Assembly (NCBI RefSeq): GCF_964355755.1
Contig: NC_092671.1
Span: forward strand, 15,252,001 to 15,316,000
Length of the DNA: 64,000 nt
Direction: 5' to 3'
DNA from: Antedon mediterranea
Taxonomy: Eukaryota > Animalia > Echinodermata
Shown: piece by piece, positions 1-11,282 of the stretch
Numbering within the stretch: the first letter of the stretch is position 1
Layout: each line of letters begins with the position of its first letter
Program-made: the position numbers and the translations under genes
Notes under the pieces: model-generated
The model's database searches: none
What the model was told of the DNA's origin: nothing
Seen by the model: only the letters and a program-made list of their open reading frames with translations

Positions 1-522
1 GTAGTGTGGTAATTTTAATATTACTGTATGGACATTTTACAAATGACTGTACTGTTGAAAGTTTGTCACAATAATGCAATGTTTGTGAAGGCCAGTACTT
101 AGTGTTACTTGATGATCTATAAAGAGCTTATCTAAAGAGTTGCATGAGAATCTCAACTTAAGTTGAAAAACACAAGGGCCCTAGTAATACAGTAGATGCT
201 GAAACTGCGGACAGAGCTGCAAAGACTGGCATACAATCACCTACACACACAGAATACAAACAGCTCATAATGAGTCCAAAACAAGCTGTCTGTATAAATT
301 AAAATCATTTTGAATATATTTTGTTGTAAAGATTAAACTTTATTGATTTTATGATTGATTATAATAGATTTATTTCACTGGGACATACTTTATTGTAAAG
401 AATAAACTGCATTAATGTCATAATTAATTATAACAGATTTATTAAATTAATATAATTAATTGTGATGTTTTAATATACAGAATACATTTTTTTTAAATAA
501 AAAAATAATTACTAATTGATAC

Positions 523-3500
523 CTTCAGAGGCCTCTGGATCATTCTGCATCACTTGTGCGGCAATGTAAGGAAAATGTCGTGCCAAGTAATCCATTTCAT
601 CCTCCTCATTGTTAAAGTTTTCAAAATCATACTCCTCAGCATCTTGGCCATCCTCTGTTTCCTGTTAAATAAAGTAATACAATATATAACAATAACTTTT
701 CAGTAGAGATGAAGCTTGGTGATTGACATGTTTCAAATCCAAAGGTCCAGTGTTCAATCCTGTCCTAGATCCAGGGTTCAATCCTTCAGGGTTGAAACTC
801 AGACTCATTCTACTCCACTCCTATAGCTTTGACCATCTTGTTCCTCAATCAATTAGTTTCTAAGATCACTTCTATTCTAATGGCCGCAAGGCCACACGGC
901 AGATCACAGTTTTTTAGCCTCAATGCTCCAACTTTTTTTAATTCTCTTTCTTTAGACTTGCTTCATTTTACTATTCCTTCCTTGTTTAATTGCTTCCTGT
1001 ATCCTGTCTTTTCTCTATGAGATGGCCAATTTAATTTGTTTTCATTGATTCCCCTTTTGATACTAATTATTCATTTATTTTTTACAATTTTGTGAATGAA
1101 CCACCCTCGTAAAATATTGTTGAAATAAAAAATAAATTTAATTGGCGAGTTTCTTGCTATGCTGTTGGTTGCATATGAAATTTGAAAAAAATAAACAAAT
1201 ATTATACATGTTCATCGGTACGTATTTGCAGTTACTACAGTATATTAACAAATATAAATATTAAAATACATCCATAACATACAGCTATCAAATTAACAGG
1301 GCAAATGAATTCTTATTTAAAGTATTATTATTCTCAGCTTCTCTTAAACTTTGATATTATCACACAAAAATATTTGGCGGTAAAAAACCAAAACAAACAA
1401 TTAATCATATAGACAACATGATCAAATGAGAAACCAGCAAAATTTAAACAAACTAGAATTTAATTCGTCACTTTGACGAATTATAGGTGATCATTTTTAT
1501 CATTTTAATGAAATTAATTTTTTTTTAAACATGTACGTACGTTAACATACGATAGGAAAATGTTGATGTATGCCATCCTATTATACGCTTGTATTGCTGA
1601 GTTATGCCTATTATATGCCATACAATGTACAGTATATACTGTATATTATCTATATACAGTGTAGCATAGGTGAAATTATGGGACACACATCAAGTTCAAA
1701 TTTTTTGGTATGATGGAATTATCAAAATAAACTCGAAGATGACAATTTCGAAAGAGAATGAATTGAGCAAATAAATATAAGGATTGGAAGAGAATTTGAC
1801 ACGTAGAAGCGCAATGCGCGCTCTTTGAAATTTGTATAACTTCGACTAAAGAAATTTAAAAACTACTTTTTAACTTCAACTGGCCATATGATAACATCAC
1901 AACATCCGATAGGCTTAATTTTTATATGAATTCATATCTACATTTCATCAGCTTTCATAATAAATTATAATCTTCAAGGTCACCTTTAATTCTGAGGAGC
2001 TATAAGATATTCAAATGTATGGTGTAGCTGAAATTACACGACCTAGGTTATTCAAGTTTTTACGCGTGATGACGTCATCAAAATAAAAATGTTGACAACT
2101 TATGAGAAAGATAATTAATTGAGCAAGCACATACTAAAATGTGTGCAAAAATTGGGCTCAAATAACGGAGATGCGCTCTATTGAATGTGATAACCCACAC
2201 AAAAAGATAATAATTACTAATTTTTAAATTCAAGTGGCCATTTGATGACGTCATACCATTTTGTACGTCTAATATGTATATATATTTATATCTACAACTT
2301 ATTGGCTTCCATAATAAGTTAAAAAAATTGGGGGTCACCTGCCATTCTGAAGAGTTATATTCATTTTAAAAAGGCCTTATTTTTTTACCATTTTTAGCAC
2401 TTTTGTACAATTAATGTGCGCATTTTGTCATTTTTAACGTGCTCGTATAGCGTTATTTTAAGTCGGAATGGACTCAAAGTCGGAGAATGTACTAAGGATT
2501 GTGAGTAGAATATGATGTATACATTAAATTTTATTTTTTACCCTTTTTAAAAATCCCGTGCGCAAAAATGTGTTTTTGCGCAGTAATTTTTTAAACACGC
2601 AAATGGCCTATTTCATGCTCTAAATTGATAAAAACTAAATTTTGAGCTTTTTAAAATTTCAACGCGCGATTTCACGCGCATGACCTTGAAACGCCCGAGT
2701 TTTTATTTGCTAATATTTTTTATCTTGACCTCAAGTTTACGTGTAGTGATTTTCATTAATATGTGATAATGAATTATGGAGATATGATTGATAATGTGAT
2801 TTCACAAAATGGCGTATACGTGACGTCACGGATGAGTGATCACGCTGAAAAGCTTATTAGGACTAAGTTAACGTATTTGAAAGACATTGTGAAATTTTGG
2901 TAATCATTAACATTAAACTTTTTGAGATATTTGTTACACAAAATCTGTACAGAGAGAAATAAATAACTAGAATTTAATTCGTCACTTTGACGAATTATAG
3001 GTGATCATTTTTATCATTTTAATGAAATAAATTTTTTTTAAACATGTACGTACGTTAACATACGATAGGAAAATGTTGATGTATGCCATCCTATTATACG
3101 CTTATAGTGCTGAGTTATGCCTATTATATGCCATATACAATGTACAGTATATACTGTATATCTATATACAGTGTAGCATAGGTGAAATTATGGGACACAC
3201 ATCAAGTTCAAATTTTTTGGTATGATGGAATTATCAAAATAAACTCGAAGATGACAATTTCGAAAGATAATGAATTGAGCAAATAGATATAAGGATTGGA
3301 AGAGAATTTGACACGTAGAAGCGCAATGCGCGCTCTTTGAAATTCTTATAACTTCGACTAAAGAAATTTAAAAACTACTTTTTAACTTCAACTGGCCATA
3401 TGATAACATCACAACATCCGATACGCTTAATTTTTATATGAATTCATATCTACATTTCATCAGCTTTCATAATAAATTATAATCTTCAAGGTCACCTTTA

Positions 3501-5219
3501 ATTCTGAAGAGCTTTAAGATATTCAAATGTATGGTGTAGCTGAAATTACACGACCTAGGTTATTCAAGTTTTTACGCGTGATGAAGTAATCAAAATAAAA
3601 ATGTTGACTACTCATTAGAAAGATAATTAATTGAGCAAGCACATACTAAAATTTGTGCGAAAATCGGGCTCAAATAACGGAGATGCGCTCTATTGAATGT
3701 GATAACCCACACAAAACGATAAAAATTCCTAATTTCTAAATTCAAGTGGCCATTTGATGACGTCATACCATTTTGTACGTCTAATGTGTATATACATTTG
3801 TATATACAACTTATTGGCTTCCATAATAAGTTAAAAAAATTGGGGGTCACCTGCCATTCTGAATAGTTATATTCATTTTAAAAAGTCCTTATTTTTTACC
3901 ATTTTTAGCACTTTTGTACAATTAAAGTGCGTATTTTGTCATTTTTAACGTGCTCGTATAGCGTTATTTTAAGTCGGAATGGACTCAAAGTCGGAGAATG
4001 TACTAAGGATTGTGAGTAGAATATGATGTATACATCAAATTTTATTTTTTACCCTTTTTAAAAATCGCGTGCGCAAAAATGTGTTTTTGCGCAGTAATTT
4101 TTTTAAACACACAAATGGCCTATTTCATGCTCTAAATTGATAAAAACTAAATTTTGAGCTTTTTAAAATTTCAACGCGCGATTTCACGTGCATGACCTTG
4201 AAACGCCCGAGTTTTTATTTGCTAATATTTTTTACCTTGACCTCAAGTTTACGTGTAGTGATTTTCATTAATATGTGATAATGAATTATGGAGATATGAT
4301 TGATAATGTGATTTCACAAAATGGCGTATACGTGACGTCACGGATGAGTGATCACGCTGAAAAGCTTATTAGGACTAAGTTAACGTATTTGAAAGACATT
4401 GTGAAATTTTGGTAATCATTAACATTAAACTTTTTGAGATATTTGTTACACAAAATCTGTACAGAGAGAAATAAATAATAAGAATAAGAATAAAGATTTC
4501 ATACAATAACAATAGGTGATCATTTTATTCTAAATGATCACCTAATAAGAATAAGAATAAAGATTTCATACAATAACAATAGGTGATCATTTTATTCTAA
4601 ATGATCACCTAACAAGTCCAAAGTACAAAAGCAAACCAACCACTTAACAAGACAAGGCAGAGAAACGAACATTATATCAAAATACCTGTATATTGCATGA
4701 AACGTGCATGGTAAGTACAATTAATTCATATTAGAAATTTAGTTGAATAGTGTAATGTAAAACCTTTTTAGGAGACACCTTCAGGATCCAAAAAAGTGTC
4801 CCTTTATAGGGGTGTCCCTGGAATAGGGGTTGGCTGTGTTATGAATATTTTCCCTCATTCATTTCACAGGGAGGTGTCTCCTTAATTTAAGGGTGTTTCC
4901 CAAAGGATGGGTGCTACTGCATTACACGTTTTTATTATATAAATTAATTTAGGTTATAATAAGAACAATTTTAAAAGCAATCAATTGATTTTGAATCGTG
5001 GCAAAACTTGAAATGGTCAAATATCTAAATGAATCAAATGCAGAAGGAGGTAAGAAAGTCTATTATGGGGGTTAGTAAAACTGCAGCATTGCATCTCATC
5101 TTGTATCCATATAGCTTAGAGCGGGTATGTGTACTTTAGAGAAGGTTTAATTTTCACATTAGCTTGCACATACTTACTTGACTACTTGTTAAGCTATGTT
5201 GTGAGCTAATATCTTCCAT
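523..5219 (-). CDS. 5' coding exons of an unidentified gene continuing off the left edge (exons 5178-5219 and 523-661): MEDISSQHSLTSSQ/ETEDGQDAEEYDFENFNNEEDEMDYLARHFPYIAAQVMQNDPEASE...
   Basis: ATG at 5219-5217 lies in exon 5178-5260 (polypyrimidine-TATAG acceptor, CAA|GTAAGT donor, phase 0). It joins in frame to exon 523-661 (AACAG acceptor, G|GTATC donor) with no stops. Family not recognised. Confidence 0.6.
704..1195 (+). mobile_element. Degenerate tRNA-derived SINE interrupted by a ~300-bp LINE 3' fragment
   Basis: 704-828 and 1140-1165 match the SINE at 18062-18275 (GGTTCAATCC B-box, cagggttg.aactca.gactc.ttc.actccactcc, aattggcgagtt). The intervening 829-1135 encodes RSQFFSLNAPTFFNSL.. 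and ends in aataaa repeats. Confidence 0.5.
1453..4612 (-). mobile_element. Non-autonomous Helentron/DINE-1-like (HINE) element, host copy (1453-2966 plus 4546-4612)
   Basis: On the minus strand: 5' hairpin TAGGTGATCATTT..AAATGATCACCTA, (TTATTC)n microsatellite, core, 3' subTIR AAATGATCACCTA followed by hairpin AATTCGTCA-aag-TGACGAATT and CTAG-TT end. No TSD. Confidence 0.8.
2967..4545 (-). mobile_element. Second, complete copy of the same HINE family nested in the first
   Basis: Near-identical to 1453-2966 and carries both termini. Removing it restores gagagaaataaataa|taagaataagaataaag exactly as in the intact terminus. Confidence 0.8.
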
Positions 5220-7195
5220 ATTGGTCACTAGTCAACAACATCCACTGGGGATTACTAAAGCTATAAAGAATAAAACGCAATTACAATTAGCTCTCAGCTG
5301 AATGAACATAGACACAACGCCCATATTTATTTCATAATATAATATACAAACTCGCATAATTTGATACTGAATCAACTCGTTGCAAAGACTGACGCATATT
5401 TTATTTCAGAAAGCATTTAGATCACTCGGCTAAACCGAGAAATAGGTACAGTGCGTGTAGACTAGCTAATTTCAATGTATCGTAATATTTTTCATATGCA
5501 TGATAATATGCTAATTAATAATATAATAATTAATAGTAATATTTCAATTTAGGTAAAAATTAAAATAGATATGTTGAGAATTACATGCTTCAATATCATT
5601 TAAATTAAATGAGAAAAATAAGTATGAGAATCTTTGTATCAAAATGTTACTTTGGTGTGTGTGACATTTATGGGTAGTAAACAATGTCTTATGTCAACAG
5701 TAAATGTATTTAATGCTTATAACATTTGAGTTACATATTGATTTCTCATAAACTTAAGTGTCTTAATCAATATGGCTTGCAACTTATATTATAACATGTT
5801 TTTTATTGAAAAAAGGATTTTATTAATCCTTATCTATTGATTCATCGGAGAATATATGGATCCAGCTGTAAGGTCATTAATGGTCTACTATACATAAAGC
5901 AATAAATACAACTTTATTTTTTGAAGGTTTGCATGGCAAAATCAAATGTTGATATGATGATCAAAGCATATTGATCGAAACGTCAAGAATTTCAACAGTT
6001 CTTTGTGGTGTACCGCATCAAAATACAACTTTGTTGAATATTATTTATAATTAAAAACGTTAAAACACAAATTTAGCCTTGTATACGGAATCAACAAAAT
6101 ATCTAATTATATTCCTGGGGATAGTAAAATACTTTATCTTATTAATTAAGCTAATTAAAAATGTTTTAACAGCATTTTAAAGACAATATTTGTTTATTTG
6201 AAAATATTAACAATCTACCTTACAAAGCTACAGGTTTAAAAAAGAAACTAAATAAATGCCACAAATTTTGATCAGGCATAGAGGAGAAACATAATTTATC
6301 CTACAAACCATCTACAGATAATATTATTACTCAGATGTTTCATAATATTACAAGCATTATTATTATTTAATAAATTAAACTTACCCTACACTACAGGTAG
6401 AAAGGTGTCACAGGTTTAAATGTAACGGTTACTTCATACAAACTGTGAACTGTTATGGTAGTAGTAGCAGCCTAGCTATTCTATTATCCAATTAGTCACT
6501 TCATGATTGATCAGTGCTTGCCGACCAATTTTTTGCCTCATTAGGTACCAACAAAATTCACTAATCATAGCGCTAAACAATAACAATAAATCATACAGTA
6601 ACAAAAGATACCAAAACCGGTCTTTGTCACCAAAGCCCACAAAACAAAAATATGCCATTTACCCACACAACCAACATGGCATTAAAATACCAAGTTTTTT
6701 TCATTGATGGAATTATGAAGTGTAAAGCGGGGTTTTTATTTCTTTGTGTTTTAATCAAATTGTTGGATTAGTTTGTTTGCTTTGCTTACAACATTTCAAA
6801 TCCTGCTTTTTATATACTGTACCTTTTGCATTGATTTATTTATATATAATTCAAGATAAAACCTTATTCCAAATTTAATTCCAATTTAATTCCAGGGACA
6901 AAATAATTGTCAAATGAGGCCACTAGTGCAAAAAACAAGAGCATACACTTTTCCTGAACTATAAGTTTACATTCATAGGTAGACTGCATTAAACTTTGAC
7001 CTCTTGTTAAACCCTTATATCTCAATGTTTAACCCTTAACTTGTCACTTGCAATACAATCATAAATCTACATTTCAACCTTTCAATAACCCTGTGTATCT
7101 TTAGCATTTTATCCTTGTTAATATTTGTCGCCCCTATAAATTGCTAAACCTACATTGGTCTACACACATCAAAACGGTTAGACAAACTACAGTTA

Positions 7196-7315
7196 AGATC
7201 TGTCTACAATATCAAACTAGTTTGACAAAAAAGTGTGAAGTGCCTAAATATGGTGGTGATATGCCCAAATATGGTAGTCACAATCACATTTTTTTTGTCA
7301 CATAAAGACAGAGCT
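7196..7315. mobile_element. Palindromic ~140-bp MITE (TIR AGCTCTGTCTACACTATCAAAC), probably PIF/Harbinger Tourist-like. Other copies at about 19930-20031, 20390-21788 (split), 25086-25213, 30110-30247, 34394-34528, 41323-41456, 49478-49624, 51141-51262
   Basis: Shared TIR and core tgtgatgtgcccaaatatggtagtgatatgacatcatcatgtccatatatgggcac, with TAA/TTA flanks in the best copies. Confidence 0.8.
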
Positions 7316-7691
7316 TTAGACAAACTGCAATAACTGCAACATCCATACTATTGATCAATATGGCACCACTGAAACACTAAATAAACATTTGTTATTGATT
7401 AATTATCAACCAAAATTAATATTATTATTATGTATCTGTAACACTGATGAATTTCACACAAAATTATGATATGATTACTTATCAGTATTCATTTACAAAT
7501 TTTTCTAACCGGGAATGACCGGTTATATTACATATCTTCCAATCCGCTTAATTTTCGAATACTGTAGGTACCTCAGAGGTATGCACTGAGTGTAAGTCTT
7601 TTTATAATACAACAAAATGTAAATCATATTCAAGATATATCTAATTCAGTTACTGTTTATAAATATAAGCTTTCGGCATAGTAAATATCAG

Positions 7692-7990
7692 CACAGTATA
7701 AATATCGGAACAGTATAAATATCTGTACAGTATAAATATCTGTACAGTATAAATATCTGTACAGTATAAATATCTGAACAGTATAAATATCTGAACAGTA
7801 TAAATATCTGTACAGTATAAATATCTGTACAGTAATGGTATAAATATCTGTACAGTATAAATATCTGTACAGTATAAATATCTGTACCGTATATATCGGA
7901 ACAGTATAAATATCTGTACAGTATATATCGGCACAGTATAATATCGGAACAGTATAAATATATGTACAGTATATATCGGCACAGTAAAAT
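7692..7990. repeat. 17-bp minisatellite (CAGTATAAATATCTGTA)n, about 17-18 units
   Basis: Directly visible tandem units with variants (ATCGGAA, ATCTGAA, ATCGGCA). Confidence 0.92.
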
Positions 7991-9937
7991 ACTGCATGCT
8001 CTGCTTATTATAATTGATATTTCTATCATGTTTGCATTTGTTTTTTTTTCTTTTATAACCTTTTCAGCTTTTTGGCTGTGGATTTTGATGTTTTTAATTA
8101 ACCATAATAAATAACTAAAAGAGACAAATAATTCTACACAATATAATAAAATATTCATACAATTTAGAAATGCATACACACACAAATGTAGGTTACTAGC
8201 CATAGTAAAATTCTCATGAATTGTTTTACATAACTAATTTCGTAACTGTCTATGGAATGTTTACTTAGAGGAATCGTTGGATGGAAATGATAATAAAACT
8301 GTAGGGAGCAAAGATGTGAAACACGTCTCCAAGTAGGCCAATTATATTCAATCACAAAAGAATGGTAGTCTTAAACACTAGTATATTATCAATATATAAT
8401 ATAAATGTCATTCACACTGAGAATGGGTTAGTGCTATCCGAAAGCTATGCAATATTCTTCTGGTTTTACTTTATGGATTTATCTCCATTAAGATCCAGCC
8501 ATTAATACTCACATCATTGTCATTTTTCCCCCTAGACATTACATATATATTTGTTTTTAAAATAATTTACTACTAATGTAAAAACTTTGAGGGAATATAC
8601 AAAAGACTAAATAAAAGGTTGTACGAGATCTGTGACAGGCAAACAAATATTCTCCATGGTATAATATAATTTTTTTATAAACAATCATACTGGAGGATCC
8701 TTATTATCATATACAGTATATACCTCCTTTTCACATCGCCTAGCAATTCTGGAGTCTATCACCAGGGTGCAAACACCACACAAAACGGTTTTGATGGCCC
8801 GCTGTATGTAAACGTTGTTGAGTTTTGCTATGCTGTGAAAGGTGTAATATGGACAGAAATCTTGACGATGGCCAAAGAGAGCAAGGGTTTCATCTTTAAA
8901 AAATATAATATGCATATTGTGAAATGTTCTTTACAAATCCCTTTTTAATCTACGTTCCCTACTAATACAGTACAAACACAACAAGCTTATTGTTTGAATG
9001 CTAACAGTTACTACTTATGATAGCAAACCCATTATTATAAACCACAACCTTTATTGTGAATACCAATACAGAATAAACACTTACAACTCTTTAGAAACGT
9101 CATGATCATATTTATTGTTAAACCTCAGTTAACTACTCGAGAACAAGTGCACAAAACACAGCACTTTTAATAATATAAAAATTGAGATTTGTGCTGGCTT
9201 GAACCGAGGACGTTGCTAAATAGGCTATTGCTAACATGTACTTAAAGACAGTGCCACTCAATAAAGCAATTATCAATTAGACATAATGAACATGTCATTA
9301 GTAAATGAAATTATATCATTAAACTTATATATTCTTTACAATGAATGAAAATATTATATAAACTTATATATTCCAAGACCGTAACGAGCGGTTAAAACAA
9401 ATGAGGAAAAGATGCTTTAAATATAATTATTAATATAAAATATGACAATCTGTGCTGGGGGTTGGGGTGGGTGGCGAGCTCTCCTCGTCTGTCACATGCT
9501 GTCTACGGCCCTGTATTTTGCACCATAAATAAATTACCTAGATGTGAGAGGCTACGTACGGTAATCTACGCCTACCCGCCGTTTGAATGAACATTTACTT
9601 AGCACATATGCTTACAACATAAGCATGTCAGTCAGCCAACACATTAAAAACAACCTGTACTGTACACATTGTATTGTTTAATATCATCATATATTATTGA
9701 TTTTAAATATTACAATACACGGGCATGATAGGGATAAATGGATGATGAGTCATGGATGAATTATAATTAATACAACAAATCCCCAACCAAACCATATTTG
9801 GTGGAGAAAGTAACTGACAGGCCTCTTTGGCCCGCTCCTGTGTAAATGCCACTGTGCAGTTGACAATCATAAAGTAGGCCTGGCTAACTAATGGGCAGAC
9901 TATAAATAATATTGAATTTTAAAGAACACAAACTCAC

Positions 9938-10100
9938 CTCTGGTCTCAGTCTTTGTTTTATTTTGTTCCTACATTTTATATTTATCAGTTATTTGGTGAA
10001 TCCTCCCTGTTGTGTTCTTCTATCCCATCATACAATCAGGATGTATCATCATCATCAGCATACAGTATAATCAACCTCATTTGACCTCCCATGCGTAACG
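9938..10100 (-). other. Putative non-coding first (5' UTR) exon of the left-edge gene
   Basis: Strong GAG|GTGAGT donor at 9937. All three frames upstream of the donor hit stops. It adjoins a CpG/TAGGCCTA-richer region (10100-10660). The upstream boundary is approximate. Confidence 0.4.
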
Positions 10101-11282
10101 CTGTGTTTACCTGTCCAACTACTACGTATGGAATGTTGTGAATAGCAAAGGGGGGTCCACACCGAAACCAAAGTACGTTCCCAAATGGATAAGTGGGAAG
10201 CATTAAAGTATTCATAAGAAAATAATATAATTATGATAATATCTTCATTGTATTTTTCTTCAAGGTTTTGACTAGTGACGGACGGTATTACCGGACAACG
10301 CGAGTATACAGTAAAGTATAGGCCTATCTAAAATAATAATAATTGTGTATGTGTTAAGGGCACATGCAAATCACATTTTCTATTCACCAATAAAAAAAAT
10401 CCAGTTTAGACGTACGCTATATAAATTTTCTTATTCTCATATTATACCGGAGTAGGCCTACACCAGGTTACGCAGGCCGGACTAATTCAGTGTTGAAGGA
10501 AGAAGAATATTCAACAAATTCATGTTGAAGCTGCTTAATTATCGAATAAAACTAATAAAAATGCATATACAAAATAAAGTAGTCGAGAAATGAGTAACAG
10601 GGATATTTCAATATTTTTTACAAATTCAAAATCAACGCGGAAAGTACACTAGGCCTACAACTTTGTTACAGATATTCTATATAAACACAAAAATTAAATG
10701 AAGCATCTGTGTAGTTAGGAATTGGATGATTTATAATGTTTACTGAAGTAAAAGTCTTTTGTAAAGATGTTTTGACACTGATCCACAGGATACAAAGGAT
10801 CATAAATGTTTTCTCTACATTTCGGTGAATCCGCATCACTCGTTTACTAATGGATAATTTAATATCAAAATAAATATGAAAAAACAATTAGCCTAAACAT
10901 CGATCATTCAATACTTGTTGCGAGTCTTTCATGGAAAAATACCTGTTTTATCCATGTTTTAAGTAAAGTAGGAATTTGTAGTCTAATAAAGTAGAGCACA
11001 TTTTTTGGGACACCTCTATTTAGAAGACACTTCTATAATCAATACTTCTATAGTATTAAGGGACACTTATTACAGCAGTAACATTACGGCAAACCTTTAT
11101 ATTCAGGGGTCACTTTTTTTTTTTAGGTTTATGTATAGTTATGTTATATTTATAGTATATATAAAATCGAATACTAAAGATGTATCTGGAGATGTATCAT
11201 AACAAAATTATTCTTATTAATTAAAAAATACTTTTTAAGCTTTCCAGATAAATACATTCGAAGTAATTCTACAGACAACAAA

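Noticed and set aside
2078-3850. Duplicated 80-86 aa ORFs as paralogous genes
   Set aside because: They lie inside the two HINE copies, have non-ATG starts and differing stops, and show no protein motif.
1453-4612. Simple tandem segmental duplication
   Set aside because: The order of termini (body, body plus end, end) is better explained by nested insertion.
7650-8203. ORFs of 115 and 171 aa
   Set aside because: They are translations of the 17-bp minisatellite.
8513-8531. 19-nt exon with GTGAGT donor on the minus strand
   Set aside because: The acceptor lacks a polypyrimidine tract and the exon is not needed for the gene model.
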